A DNA stretch of 63,432 nt, counting the filler, from Sluysia triapertura (lineage: Eukaryota): assembly GCA_046118255.1 (NCBI GenBank). It is 5 parts of 5 records of this genome, joined end to end, with 100 filler letters (N's around TTAATTAATTAA, not from the genome) between each part and the next. Parts side by side here need not be neighbours in the genome. Positions count along the whole stretch, not along the records: positions 36,708 to 47,866 come from JBJNIA010188133.1; positions 47,967 to 63,432 come from JBJNIA010227347.1; 3 more parts are not named here. One strand, given 5' to 3'. Numbering within the stretch: position 1 is the first letter of the stretch; the number at the start of each line of letters is the position of its first letter. A program made the translations under genes and the position numbers. The notes under the pieces were generated by a model. It did no database searches. It had not been told where the DNA came from and saw nothing but the letters and a program-made list of their open reading frames with translations. Positions 36,708 through 48,290 of this stretch are shown here, in pieces.

Positions 36708-39583
36708 TCAACGTTGTCTAATCTTTCACACTCTTTTGTTTTGTCATTTCTGTTTTGATTGTTATTGTTTATCTCATTTTAATTGTTTCAAGATAAACAA
36801 ATGGTTAAAATGATTTATTGTACTTCTTTATTCAAGTATATTTATGTTCGTTGCCACAAAAAGGTATGCAAGCTCCACAAGTTATAAGTGTATACTTTGT
36901 GATTAACAATGTTTTTTATTGATTATACGAAAATTGTTTTGTATTTGTTTTTTATTATTGATATGTTATTTTTGCATATTGTATCAAAGTACAAATTCTT
37001 AATGAACTGATTTGTGATAATATATAATCAAGTATAACTTCAATATTAATTCAGAAACAATATATATGTCTACTTAAGTTTACTTTACATAAATCTATGA
37101 ATTCTCTGAAACTTTTTTTTGTATATTTTGTTTTATTTTCAAAGAATATTTGGTAATAAATCGATTAATTTCATTTTAATTTAATATATATAAATACTTA
37201 AACAAAACTTCATGAATGGCCTTTCAAAGAAACCAATATACATTGCCGTAATAGTTCAACTGTTACAGAAACTTCAGAAAATTTCTCTATAAAAATCATT
37301 ATGTTGAAAGTTCAGCCAAAAAATAATAAAACATAATAAAACATTTCAGATATAAAAATTTACACATAGAAAAAGGATAGTGTGTCACAATGATAATAAA
37401 AATGACAATGAACATTGAGTTTAATATTTTGATTAAAAATTATTAATAAAAGAAATTTTACTAAGTATTTGTGATATTATAATGATCAGTGATTTAATGT
37501 TATTGATGATATGTGTAAAACCTGCTACGTTGTAATTTTTTGTGTTGAGGTTCATGCAGATGGTTCATGTGATATGTAGATAGGTGTGGAATGGGCCACC
37601 GCATTAACATCTGAAGTATACCTTGGAGTTAGTATGTGGAAGTTTGAGGTATGTTTGGAAAATCTTTAGAATCACTGAGCTACCTTTGACCTTGTGAAAC
37701 TTTAGGTAATATTGAAACTTTGATAAATATTTCAGATCTTTGAGAAACCTTATAAAGTAGTTGAAACCTTTAAAATATTTGAAGAATAAAATCATTGTTA
37801 CCAAAATTAAAATAAATTTGATACGTAGATAATTAACATAAAGAAGTATAAAAAGGAATAAGAAAGGTGAAGGTGAAAGCATCTAAAGCGCGTGAATGCC
37901 TTACAGAATGCTGGATAATTTTTGAAGCTTCGTAAAAGCTTTAATCCAAAAGTAGATTAATTAATTAAAACATTAATTAAGAAAAGTACGTTTTTGTGAA
38001 TAACTTTTGAATGCGGAATATTATGTTAAATTTGAAACTCCGTATGTTTTTGTTTTGAAAAGACCTTTCTATGAAGGTATGGTTTGACCAAGTTCATGAA
38101 AGGAAAACCTTAATATTGAGCAAAGTCAAATTTGAATTAATTTTTAATTACGGAACGCTCAACTTTTTATACTTAGAGTGAAGCAAATGTAATGAATTGA
38201 GTATGAGATGATTTCCACTAAAGAGGAGAATCTGCAGGTGAGTTTGAAATGTTTGTAGAATGGTTTGTTTGAGAATAATAATCTTAAACATTTTTCATTA
38301 GAAAACTGGGTGTAAAAAATGGAAAATCAATTAAATTCTGAAAAGTGAAATTAAATTCATTATTTTTATGTATTTTAAGAATATTGTTGATTGTTATTTT
38401 AATGTGAGAAGTAATTTAAGTAAAAATAGATTGAGTAGAGTAAAAGAAAATGATGGTTGATAATAAGTCAAATTTTTGTGTTTTTTACGTAATGAAGTTT
38501 GACAGACCGTACCACGTAATTGTCAAAGTTATTACTGTCGGTATAATTCTCAAAGAGGTTTTGATGATTTGTGAGACAGTGTTTGATTGTGAGACTTTGG
38601 AATTGATTGAATAATGAAAGAGTATAAAATGAAAAACTAAAAATTTTAACGCACAACACAAAGAACAAAGCCACGATTAATGCCGCTCATTTCTATTAAT
38701 TTTTAATTTTTATTAATTTCATTTAATTTATTTTGATTTTTATTGCTAATTTTGTACAAGGGGACCATTGTAGATATTTTAAATTAACTTTGTGAGAGAC
38801 ATTCTGTCTAATTTATTTTTAAAATATTTGATTTTGATTTTTGTTTTCCATAATTTGTCAAATCTTAATTTTTATTGCGTCAATTCTGGTTTTCTTTTTG
38901 CACGAGTTATAGTTATTGTTAACTTTCTTTTAAGTGTTTATTATTTTTAGTTGTTTATTATTTATTATTATTTTTACATTATTGTTAAAGCGGAGATTTA
39001 CTGTAGTAAATTTTTTGTAATCATTAGATTATTGAGTTTTTGTTACTAATTTGATTTAAAAACTTAATTTTTAGGTTGAATAGATATTATTATCAAAATA
39101 AGAAAATTTGGGATAATTTTATATTGGATTTAGTGATTATCGAAAATTTTGAGATTTTCTTAAATAAATTATTCGATATTGATTTGTTAGTATTATTAAG
39201 TATTAAGGCGAAACATTAAAATACAATTAAATTTAATTTTTAAAATAAGAGTTAAGTTTTCGCCGATATATTGAGGGATAATATAGAGGCAAATTAAATT
39301 ATTAATAAAAAGTTAAATACTTTAACGGTTTTAACTATAATATTTACAAACAATTTTATGCTTTATTTCATTCTTATTTTAAAATTCCACAATTTTTGTA
39401 AACTATTGTATTTGTAATTAATAAAGTTTTGGATTTAAGGTTTTATTTCATTGTTAATTATGTGAGAGTAATAGACAATAATAACAACTAATAACTTTTA
39501 TGTATTTAATTTACATTATTTAATAATATATAAACAATTGTGATCGTTGAAAAACAGATTATTATTTATTTTATTTTATACCA

Positions 39584-39584
<1 letters not shown>

Positions 39585-39639
<55 letters not shown>

Positions 39640-39640
39640 T
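39585..39640 (+). repeat. (TAT)n microsatellite
   Basis: Directly visible. Confidence 0.9.
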
Positions 39641-41798
39641 TATTTTAATACCAATAATTATTATTTCTATTTTTATTTTTTAATTTTATTCTAGAAAAAA
39701 TATTATCATTATTATAAAGACAAAAGTTATAAACAAAAATTAAAAATTAAACAAAGTTAAATGTGAAACCAAATTGTTTAAATTAAATAAATTAATAATT
39801 GTTTAAACCTAAGAAAATTCTAGTAAATGGCGGATTTAAAATTAATATAAATATAGCAAATTTTATAACGTTAGGCTCCATAAATATTTTATAATGATGG
39901 AACAAAATTTTGGGATGATACAAGTAATTCGCTTTTTGATAAGATATTTGAACTTTACCTTACATAGGAAAGTTTAACTTTTGACGTAAAAAGGCTTGCT
40001 TAAATTAACTTTAAATTTATTTTTAAAAATGCTAAGATAAAAGAATTTATCTTAAGCAATTTATTAAAATCATTATTGTTATTACATTTTATTCTTGTTT
40101 CAAATTTTTATTATTGATTGAAAGTTTTGTTAAATAAATTTTTAGACTGTTTCAGAAGTTCTTATATTTGTCATATTAGTATTTAAAATCATTAGAAAGA
40201 TTTACTAGGCCTTACTAAGGCTAGTTCAACATTTAAACTATATAAAATCTTTTATTATATACGCTAGACCATATCAGTCTAGATCATAATTTGGCTAGTT
40301 TAACGATAATTTGAATTAAGTTTAACTGAGTAAATATAACTCACAGGGTGTGAATTTAGGAGAATGCTATAGCATATTAGTTGTTAAGGTAAGAGTCGAA
40401 TTACTTCTTAGTTTAGTTCATTAAGCATATTAAAAAATCCTAATAGACCACCTTCGGTCAGATATAAGGCGTACCTATTAGGCGGACTTGTCTCCAGATT
40501 CATATTTGCGTGTCATAAGATAGTTAAAATCCTCTCAATTATATTAAGATAAGTATTGTTTATAAAAATTATTGTGTAAAAAGACCCTTAGGTATTAAAT
40601 AAGTATCAAATTGATAAGCAGTTTTGATGCTTTTCGATTAAGACTAAAGTATTTAGTAACTTATTAAGTTACAGGAACGTCCACTATGTTGTAAGACGTT
40701 TACTGTAACCGGACCCTGCTAAAAAATATTTTACCCTAGGTTAAGTGTTAGAAAAACCGCAACGATTTTTAATTTATTATTATAATTTGTTTTAATTTTA
40801 CTTCGTTTTTAGATCTATCTGACAAATATTTATTGTTGTTAGTAAGTTAAGTTTCGAGTAAAACTACAAAAAATCAATGAAAACAATGACGAAAGGATGG
40901 TGAAATATATAAAAAGTTTTACAATATATGTGAAAAGTTTGACTATTGTTAAATGTTGTTTCGTGACAGGTGAATATGTTCATTTTTTAGTGATTGAGAA
41001 TACTTAAGGAGTTGGCTCACTACAATCTTTTTACAAGCTTTATAGTAATATGAAATTTAGTTTCTTTAGTTTCATATTAAACTCATTTTAAAAAAAATTT
41101 TGAAATAGAGATTTCCTTTTTAATTATATTTTTAATTTTCATGATAGAAATAACACTTATTATGTATCTAAATTAATTATCACGTCAAAAAATTTATGAA
41201 ATGAAAATGTTAAATAAGTATTCGAGACCACATAAATGATTAAGACTTATTGAGAACTGATTTGTTTAACTTAACATAAACACAACCAAACGTTATGCAA
41301 GAAATTATTTTTCTTATTTCCAAGTGGATATTATCACATTTGAGATTAGGCCTAATCTCATTTTGTTTCAAATAAATTTGTTCAATAAGTTTCTTTCTAT
41401 AGTTAAATGTCATTAATGCGTAACTCAAAAAGGATAAAAGTTCTACCTTTAACTTCAAAAAAAGTGAAATCAAAATAGAATCAATCAATTTGAAATAATT
41501 AGTTTTCATGTTCAAATTTTGTTTTTATATTTATATTCAATACTATTTAAAACATGCAATAAGATAAATATTTTCGAATTATATTTATGTATCGCATGTT
41601 AATAGCGATATCTATTTAGCATCTGACCACACTTGATAAGAATAAATCATAAAGCCTATTTGTTAAGTTACCATTAACTACATACTAAAAGGCTTGTAAT
41701 CATTTATAAAATTTTTAAATACCGTTTTTGAGTTAGTCAATACACATTTAACAATAATTTTGCAGAATTATCACAAATCACAAAATGTGTATTAAATT

Positions 41799-42050
41799 TT
41801 AAGGCATTCTATATTCAAAACCAGCTGCAGCATAAACAGCATCACTAAATGCCAAATAATTAACATCATCGCGTATACCAACGGGATGACGAAATCGTTT
41901 GTAAAGGCACGCCCAATCAGATTCTGATAAAGGACTGGCCAAATCTAATTCGACTAATACTCGGCGGAATTGATTTTGTGATACCGTCATACGGTGACAG
42001 TCATCAAAATCATCAAATAATGGTTGTAATTGGATTCTTCGTTGACGTAC
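41799..42050 (-). CDS. Uncharacterised multi-EF-hand protein, terminal exon
   Basis: CAG acceptor; VRQRRIQLQPLFDDFDDCHRMTVSQNQFRRVLVEL...DDVNYLAFSDAV...RMP*. EF-hand pair pattern, phase 0. Confidence 0.85.
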   Translation of the reverse strand, partial: VRQRRIQLQPLFDDFDDCHRMTVSQNQFRRVLVELDLASPLSESDWACLYKRFRHPVGIRDDVNYLAFSDAVYAAAGFEYRMP

Positions 42051-42689
42051 CTGAATAATTTAAGTATAGAGTAATGAAATTTGTCATAAAATTGTCTAAT
42101 TCACTAGAAGTTTAATTAATTTAAGTAAAAATTAATATGGACTAGTGGAAATGTATTAATTTTCGCGTCTTATATTCGAAAAAAGTCATTATTATTGTTA
42201 AAATGTTTTTACTGAGAAAACATTTTAAGTAATTGTGCTCTTTAAATTTATCACAACAATTTATATATGTGATGAGCCAGAAACGTCGCATTTCCTAAAA
42301 ATTACATTTTATATCATAAAATGTCATAAGTTAGATTAAACATTTATATCACATATTATCGAGAACTTTGTTAATATTGTATAGATTATTTATTAATAGT
42401 AAAGTTTATTTGTGAAATTATTTAAAATTTAATTCTATTAAAAAACTGTATTAAAAAAATAAAATGTAAATTAAAAAGTAAGTCAAAAAGTAATAATATA
42501 ATACTAAACAATAAAGTGAATAAAATAATAGTAATTAAAATTAAGAGAATAATAATAACATATACACTATAAAATAATAACAAACTATAGTGTAAATGAA
42601 ATAAAATCTATAAAAGTCATTTTACTATATATTACTCTATTACAAAAGTTAAAAAATGTCGTTATTATGGAAGAATCAAGTTTAAATAG

Positions 42690-42865
42690 ATAGGTTCCAG
42701 TCAACGATTTCAGTTATTTATTGAAGGTATTTGGTATTCGATATCAATTATTTATTGAAGAAGCTATCTGACATTTGGTATTCGACTGCTGTTCCAGTTA
42801 AAGGCATTTGATATATAATTACTGTTCGAGTCAAGTATTTGGTATTTGAATAACTGACATTTTAT
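42690..42865 (+). repeat. Degenerate intronic minisatellite
   Basis: Recurrent (g/c)atttggtatt(c/t)ga and gttccagt units. Confidence 0.6.
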
Positions 42866-43433
42866 AATTTAAAATACATTAATATATAACTCTTGTATAA
42901 ACTCTCGTATAAATTGTTTTAATAACGCTTTAATGAAATTTTCAGAGAAATTTGACAACTAGTAGCCATTTAATTTTTTACTTTAATAAAACAAAGCTTT
43001 ATTTAAAATATAATTTGAGTTTTCTTTTAATGTATTTTTTATTATTGAATGTTTTAATTAACAAAAATATATTTAATTTAATGAATTTAAACCATTAATA
43101 TTAATGAATTTAAACGATTAATAATATTTATAACTTTTAAATAAATAATAATAATTAAAAATAAAAAATAATAATAAATAAAAAGATGTCGCGCTAGTGT
43201 TGTCAAAAGATGTCGCTTTAAGCTTGAAGTTCAAGGTGGACATTTTGAACATTTGTAAATATTAAATTTGTCTTTTTTGATATATAATTTTTATTTAAGT
43301 TTCCGGCTCGGTTACTTTTGGGACATTCTTTATGTATAATTAGTCACAATTTATTTTCTTACTAAAGTAAACCGCAATTTATAAATATTACATAAAAATA
43401 TTACAATACATACAAAAATATTATATTACTAAC

Positions 43434-43635
43434 CAGATTCGCTATTTTCTTTATAGCATCATCTACAGCTTGAGTTTCTTCAATACTTAATCTATCTTGA
43501 CTGTATTCAGGATCTGGTTTATATACATATGGTTCGATCAATGGATCTTTTTCCAGATGTTTTTGTGCAAATATAGATTCAATATCCTCACAAAAACTAA
43601 CATAATCTATGGTATGTATATCAGGACTTTTATAT
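43434..43635 (-). CDS. Multi-EF-hand protein, penultimate exon
   Basis: TTTTCCAG acceptor and GTTAGT donor; YKSPDIHTIDYVSFCEDIESIFAQKHLEKDP. Phases match both neighbouring exons (2 in, 0 out). Confidence 0.85.
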
Positions 43636-43741
43636 CTGGAAAACAAAAATACACTCATTCAAGTTTGATGTCAAAATTTACATGAATTTGCAATATATGT
43701 TTATGAAATAAAGTTAAACATAAAAACAAACTAATAAAAAT

Positions 43742-44464
43742 TGTTAGGTTGTTATCACAACCCTTTACAATAAGTCATAATAACACGTTAAAATTATTTA
43801 AAATCATTTTAAAATCTTATTTTCCAAGAAAGAAATTTATTTTCCTAAAAAGAAAATATATTCTCCAAAAAAATTAATTATTTTTCGAAAAAATAAAATT
43901 CGCTTCTAAAAATACAACAGAAGCTTCTAGAATGTTCTAGAACATTCCATCTAGTATATAAACTAGCATCGGTTTAATGAGAATCACCATTTTGTAAATC
44001 CGTCATTTTGAATTAGTTTGGTACAATTTTGCAGCATCTTTGTTGGAAGAATTGTGAAATTTTAGTAACTGTTCACAATTCACAGTTAATTCGAAATTTG
44101 GAAAATATTCACAGGACTACAGCTATTCAAATTCAATTCATTCATTGGAAATTCAATTTCTATTTTAGAAATATACTTAAATTTCTAATTATTTGTAAAC
44201 TATTTAAGCCCCGATATATTGATGGATAATATTTACTTAAAATATTTTAGTTATTAGATTAAACGCTCTCTGAGCTTTAATTCGTAAAATAATTATTTTT
44301 ATCTTCTTTTCTTTTATTACTATTATTATTAGAATTTTGTGATTAATAAATAAAGTTAATATTCTTAGGTTTACTTAATTATTAAAATTTAAAGAATAAA
44401 TTATTAAAGTTTTTTTGAGGAAATTATACTTTTGAGCACTTGTTAAGACCCTAACTACATAACA
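43742..44464 (+). mobile_element. Solo-LTR-like element in an intron of the EF-hand gene
   Basis: TG...CA ends with an imperfect terminal inverted repeat TGTTAGGTTGTTA / TAACTACATAACA. Internal TATA box and downstream AATAAA. No clear target-site duplication. Confidence 0.65.
43919..43962 (+). promoter_or_regulatory. Perfect six-unit heat-shock element plus TATA box
   Basis: aGAAgcTTCtaGAAtgTTCtaGAAcaTTCc (43919-43948) gives six alternating nGAAn pentamers. TATATAAA lies at 43955-43962. Confidence 0.75.
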
Positions 44465-44874
44465 CTTATATTTAGACAAACTATTAGGTTATTTTGTTAC
44501 AGAAACGCCTTCTTCAAGCCATAAGACGTTTACTGTAACCGAAACCTGCTCAAAAAATATTTTGTCTAGGTTAAGTGTTAGAAAAACCATAGTAAAACCG
44601 ATGAAACTATATTTAAGTAAATCTTAACTGCTCGTACATATCAGTAGCTAGATCTTATATTCTAAACAGTACTAAATTCGGAGAACCAAGTTTGTTAAGA
44701 AATATTCCGACAGATATATTCAATGTATTGATTATTTTAGACATTTTTTATTAAATACAATGTTTAAATTAAGTGACCATTGATTAAAATGATAAATTGC
44801 ATTAACTCTTCAATTTAACAAATGTTATTTTAAAATTTAAAAGAACAATATTAATTTGAAAAATATAAACGAAC

Positions 44875-45023
44875 CTATCTTCTAAAAGACTAAGTTCAGT
44901 TTCAGGTAAATGAATGGTAGCAAGATCAAGAGCCCTTCTAAAAGTAATATTGTTAATTTTACCGTGTCGTAAATTATCATGATCTCTAAAAAAGTCCAGT
45001 AATCTAACGCGTCTTCGATATAT
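44875..45023 (-). CDS. Multi-EF-hand protein, internal exon
   Basis: IYRRRVRLLDFFRDHDNLRHGKINNITFRRALDLATIHLPETELSLLEDR; TAG acceptor, GT donor, phase 2. Internally homologous to the terminal exon. Confidence 0.85.
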
Positions 45024-45716
45024 CTAAAAATAAAAATGGATATTTGATAAAATTATTAATTTTTTAAACAATAACTTTGAGTCGATTTGTATTTTCATTA
45101 ATCAAAAATTTAAACTAAATTCTGTTAACTGACATTTGCTGAATTAGAACTTATTTGGATGAAAGTTAATTTATATTTCATTGATTTCAAGTAGTCAATA
45201 GATATAACAGTCGATAATAACATAAATCAGAAAATAAAAAATACCCTTTAAATTTTTAATAAATATTATTTAGATAAAATAATAACTATAAATAATGTAA
45301 AATTATTTATTATACTTTATATAAATTATATATAAATATTTTATATGTATAAATTGATTTTGTTATTTTGTTTATATTATTTAATATTAAAAATAGTGTT
45401 AAAGTAAAAAAAAAGACTTAATTTAATATGAAAAATGTTTAGTTTTGATAGAAAATCTTCAAGAACAATACTAAATGATAGAAAAATAAATTTACAAGAT
45501 TATGAAAGTAATTGTAAAATAAAAGTAATGGTTATATGTAGCATTTATAATATCGTTAGTAGATAGAGAAACATAAGTAACATAACTACCAAAATTATCA
45601 ACACAAGTAAAATATGCAAATATTAGAATTAAGAAGCGAAACATTTTAAGTAGAGTGAAAAAAATTTATTTTCGTAATTCATAACAGAAAGAAACGAATT
45701 TTTTATTTATTATTTT

Positions 45717-45868
45717 NNNNNNNNNNNNNNNNNNNNNNNNNNNNNNNNNNNNNNNNNNNNNNNNNNNNNNNNNNNNNNNNNNNNNNNNNNNNNNNNNNNN
45801 NNNNNNNNNNNNNNNNNNNNNNNNNNNNNNNNNNNNNNNNNNNNNNNNNNNNNNNNNNNNNNNNNNNN
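45717..45868. other. Ordinary assembly gap
   Basis: N run without linker. Confidence 0.97.
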
Positions 45869-47069
45869 ATAACACCGGATTTGAAAATTTAGTTTTTTTA
45901 TATTAATTTATATTTGTAGATCTAATTTATGTTTTACTTAAATTGTACAATGCTAATTTGTATAATAATTCATTGTCTTTGAATATAATAGAATTTAGGA
46001 TAATTTAGAAATAGTTAATATTAGTGAATAAATAAAAATTAATTACACTTAGATATTGGTGTGACTAATGATGAATGGAAACCATAAAATATTAATTTAC
46101 CGAAGACTTGTTTCAAATTGATGTTTGACTGGTTTAATAAACCTAAATGGCTTTAAACTATGTCAGATTTTTTAACGATTAAAACATGTCTTATTTTCAA
46201 TTTGTCTAATGTGCAATTGTAATATTTTATTTTCATGTCGGATGAGAAAAGTAAACATTATGTAGACGATTTTTAAATAATGATCTTAATTTATGATTTA
46301 AAAGATGTCTAACGGTTTATTTATGTAATGTCTTATTTTCTTGTCGATACATAAATAAATTGGGCTACTACGTGTTTCTGTAAAAACAAACCAAGAAGAT
46401 TCGAATTTAAGGATTGCCAAAAAGTATTTGGAGAATTGGACAAAGAATTTTTCATATTTGAATTCTGTAGTTCTAAATAAGATTTTGATTAGTTAGTCAT
46501 TTTTGTGCAGGGAATTTGTTTGTATTAAAAATTGCTTTTATATTATATTGCTTCTAGGAATATTATTAGTCATGAGTTATTTTATATGTTTACAACTTCA
46601 AATTTTAAAAATATCGAAATTAGAAAATAATAAGTTTATTTTCAATGTCCATATAGAAACATTCAAATGATGAAATCTTAAAAAATTAAGTACTGTTATC
46701 TCAAGAATAATTATAATTTAGAATTTAATTGATTATTATACTAATAACAATTTATCATGAGCCTATGTTTACAACAACAATAGCAGTAATAATAATAACA
46801 ATAATAACAATAATAATCTATTAATCATACATTTTATATATATTCAACCATTTCGCTATGGGTATATGTTTTATAGGCAAGCCAAAAAATAAAAACGCAA
46901 TTTTTTAGCAAGGATAAAATTTAAAAATCACATTCTTCTTGCATTTAGAACGAAATACATTATCCTTCTGTAAGTTGGATCTTCTTACTATTTTAAGCTT
47001 TCTATGTCTGTTTTTAGCGTAAAATGAAAATTTTGCTTACCAAAATTGAAATTTCAATTGGAGTTTTAC

Positions 47070-47183
47070 GCAAAATGTTTCATTTTAACCTCCTAATAGA
47101 AATTGTACAGTAAAACTTTCATAAAATGAACTCCTAAAATGTAATATTTTATCTAACTTGATTATTCGACTTATGTAGATGTG
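47070..47183 (+). repeat. Dispersed repeat; inverted copy at ~50379-50509
   Basis: gcaaaatgtttcattttaacctcctaatagaaattgtacagtaaaactttcataaaatgaactcctaaaatgtaatatttt...tcgacttatgtagatgt matches the reverse complement of the second locus. Confidence 0.85.
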
Positions 47184-47866
47184 TTAACAATACACACAAT
47201 TGAACACAATTGAATATTGATGATACATTAATTAATTGTTAACTAACTGAATTTGTAACTAATTTTAAAAACATTGATTATTATTATTTTATTTTGAAAT
47301 ACTATTTGGAACATTATAAAATTCAAAAGTACGTTGTTATTTTTGTTGCTTTTAATTTTTATTACTTTTAATTAATTTTAATAATTATTTTAGTATTATT
47401 TTAACGTGACTATTTTAAAAAACATTTTAATAAAAACATTTTATTTTTAAATATTTTTTGAAAATATTTTTGTTTTAATCTAACACCTCAAGGTCAGATT
47501 AAAACCAATATATAAGCAACATAAAATCTGACAAATACACACAATTTTAATAATTAAACTTTGTTTATAAATTTTACGTTTATCAATTTTTTCGAGAATA
47601 TCTACTCTCTGGTGTAAACATTTAAAGAAATTAGCCACGTTAGGTTAATTAATTTTGAGAATTGATATTTTATATCTTGGTAATATCCACTTAAATTTAT
47701 TTGATAAATCTGGACCATATAAAGGTCTGAAGTAAAATTATTTTGTAAATTTTTAAAACGTTATAACTAGTTTTATTTAGTTATTGAAAAATGAAAGTAA
47801 AATACTTACAATTTCGTAAGTAAAGCATGACCTCTGTGGTATCCCCGCAGAGAGCAATGTTGCCCT

Positions 47867-47966
47867 NNNNNNNNNNNNNNNNNNNNNNNNNNNNNNNNNN
47901 NNNNNNNNNNTTAATTAATTAANNNNNNNNNNNNNNNNNNNNNNNNNNNNNNNNNNNNNNNNNNNN
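47867..47966. other. Artificial spacer
   Basis: N44-TTAATTAATTAA-N44. Confidence 0.97.
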
Positions 47967-48122
47967 TAATAATTAAATCTGATTTGGATACGTTAACATA
48001 ATTATAATTAAATATTAAGAATGTGTTATTTATTACTACTTTTTAAACGCAGTAATAAACAAAGTATTAATGCAATAAGTTGAATTTTTGATCTTTCTAA
48101 ATCATTAAATTATAAATTTCAG

Positions 48123-48290
48123 GTACTTTATAACAATTTGAAAGGAATGTTAGCTTGTTCTGAAGAAGAACTGGAAAATATTTACATGCAAAATTTTGAA
48201 ATTCTGCTTAAAGATAGTTTTGGTAATGTTGTAAATCAGGAATTGAAACCCAATGGAAAATCTATATCTGTTAATGTAGAAAATAGAGAA
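48123..48290 (+). CDS. UBE3A: HECT E3 ubiquitin ligase UBE3A/E6AP-like, internal exon
   Basis: VLYNNLKGML...NFEILLKDSFGNVVNQELKPNGKSISVNVENRE matches the HECT N-lobe. CAG acceptor, GTTAGT donor, 168 nt, phase 0. Confidence 0.85.

Noticed and set aside
11675-47966. Recurrent TTAATTAATTAA palindrome as a biological motif
   Set aside because: It is always centred in exactly 44+44 Ns, so it is an assembly linker.
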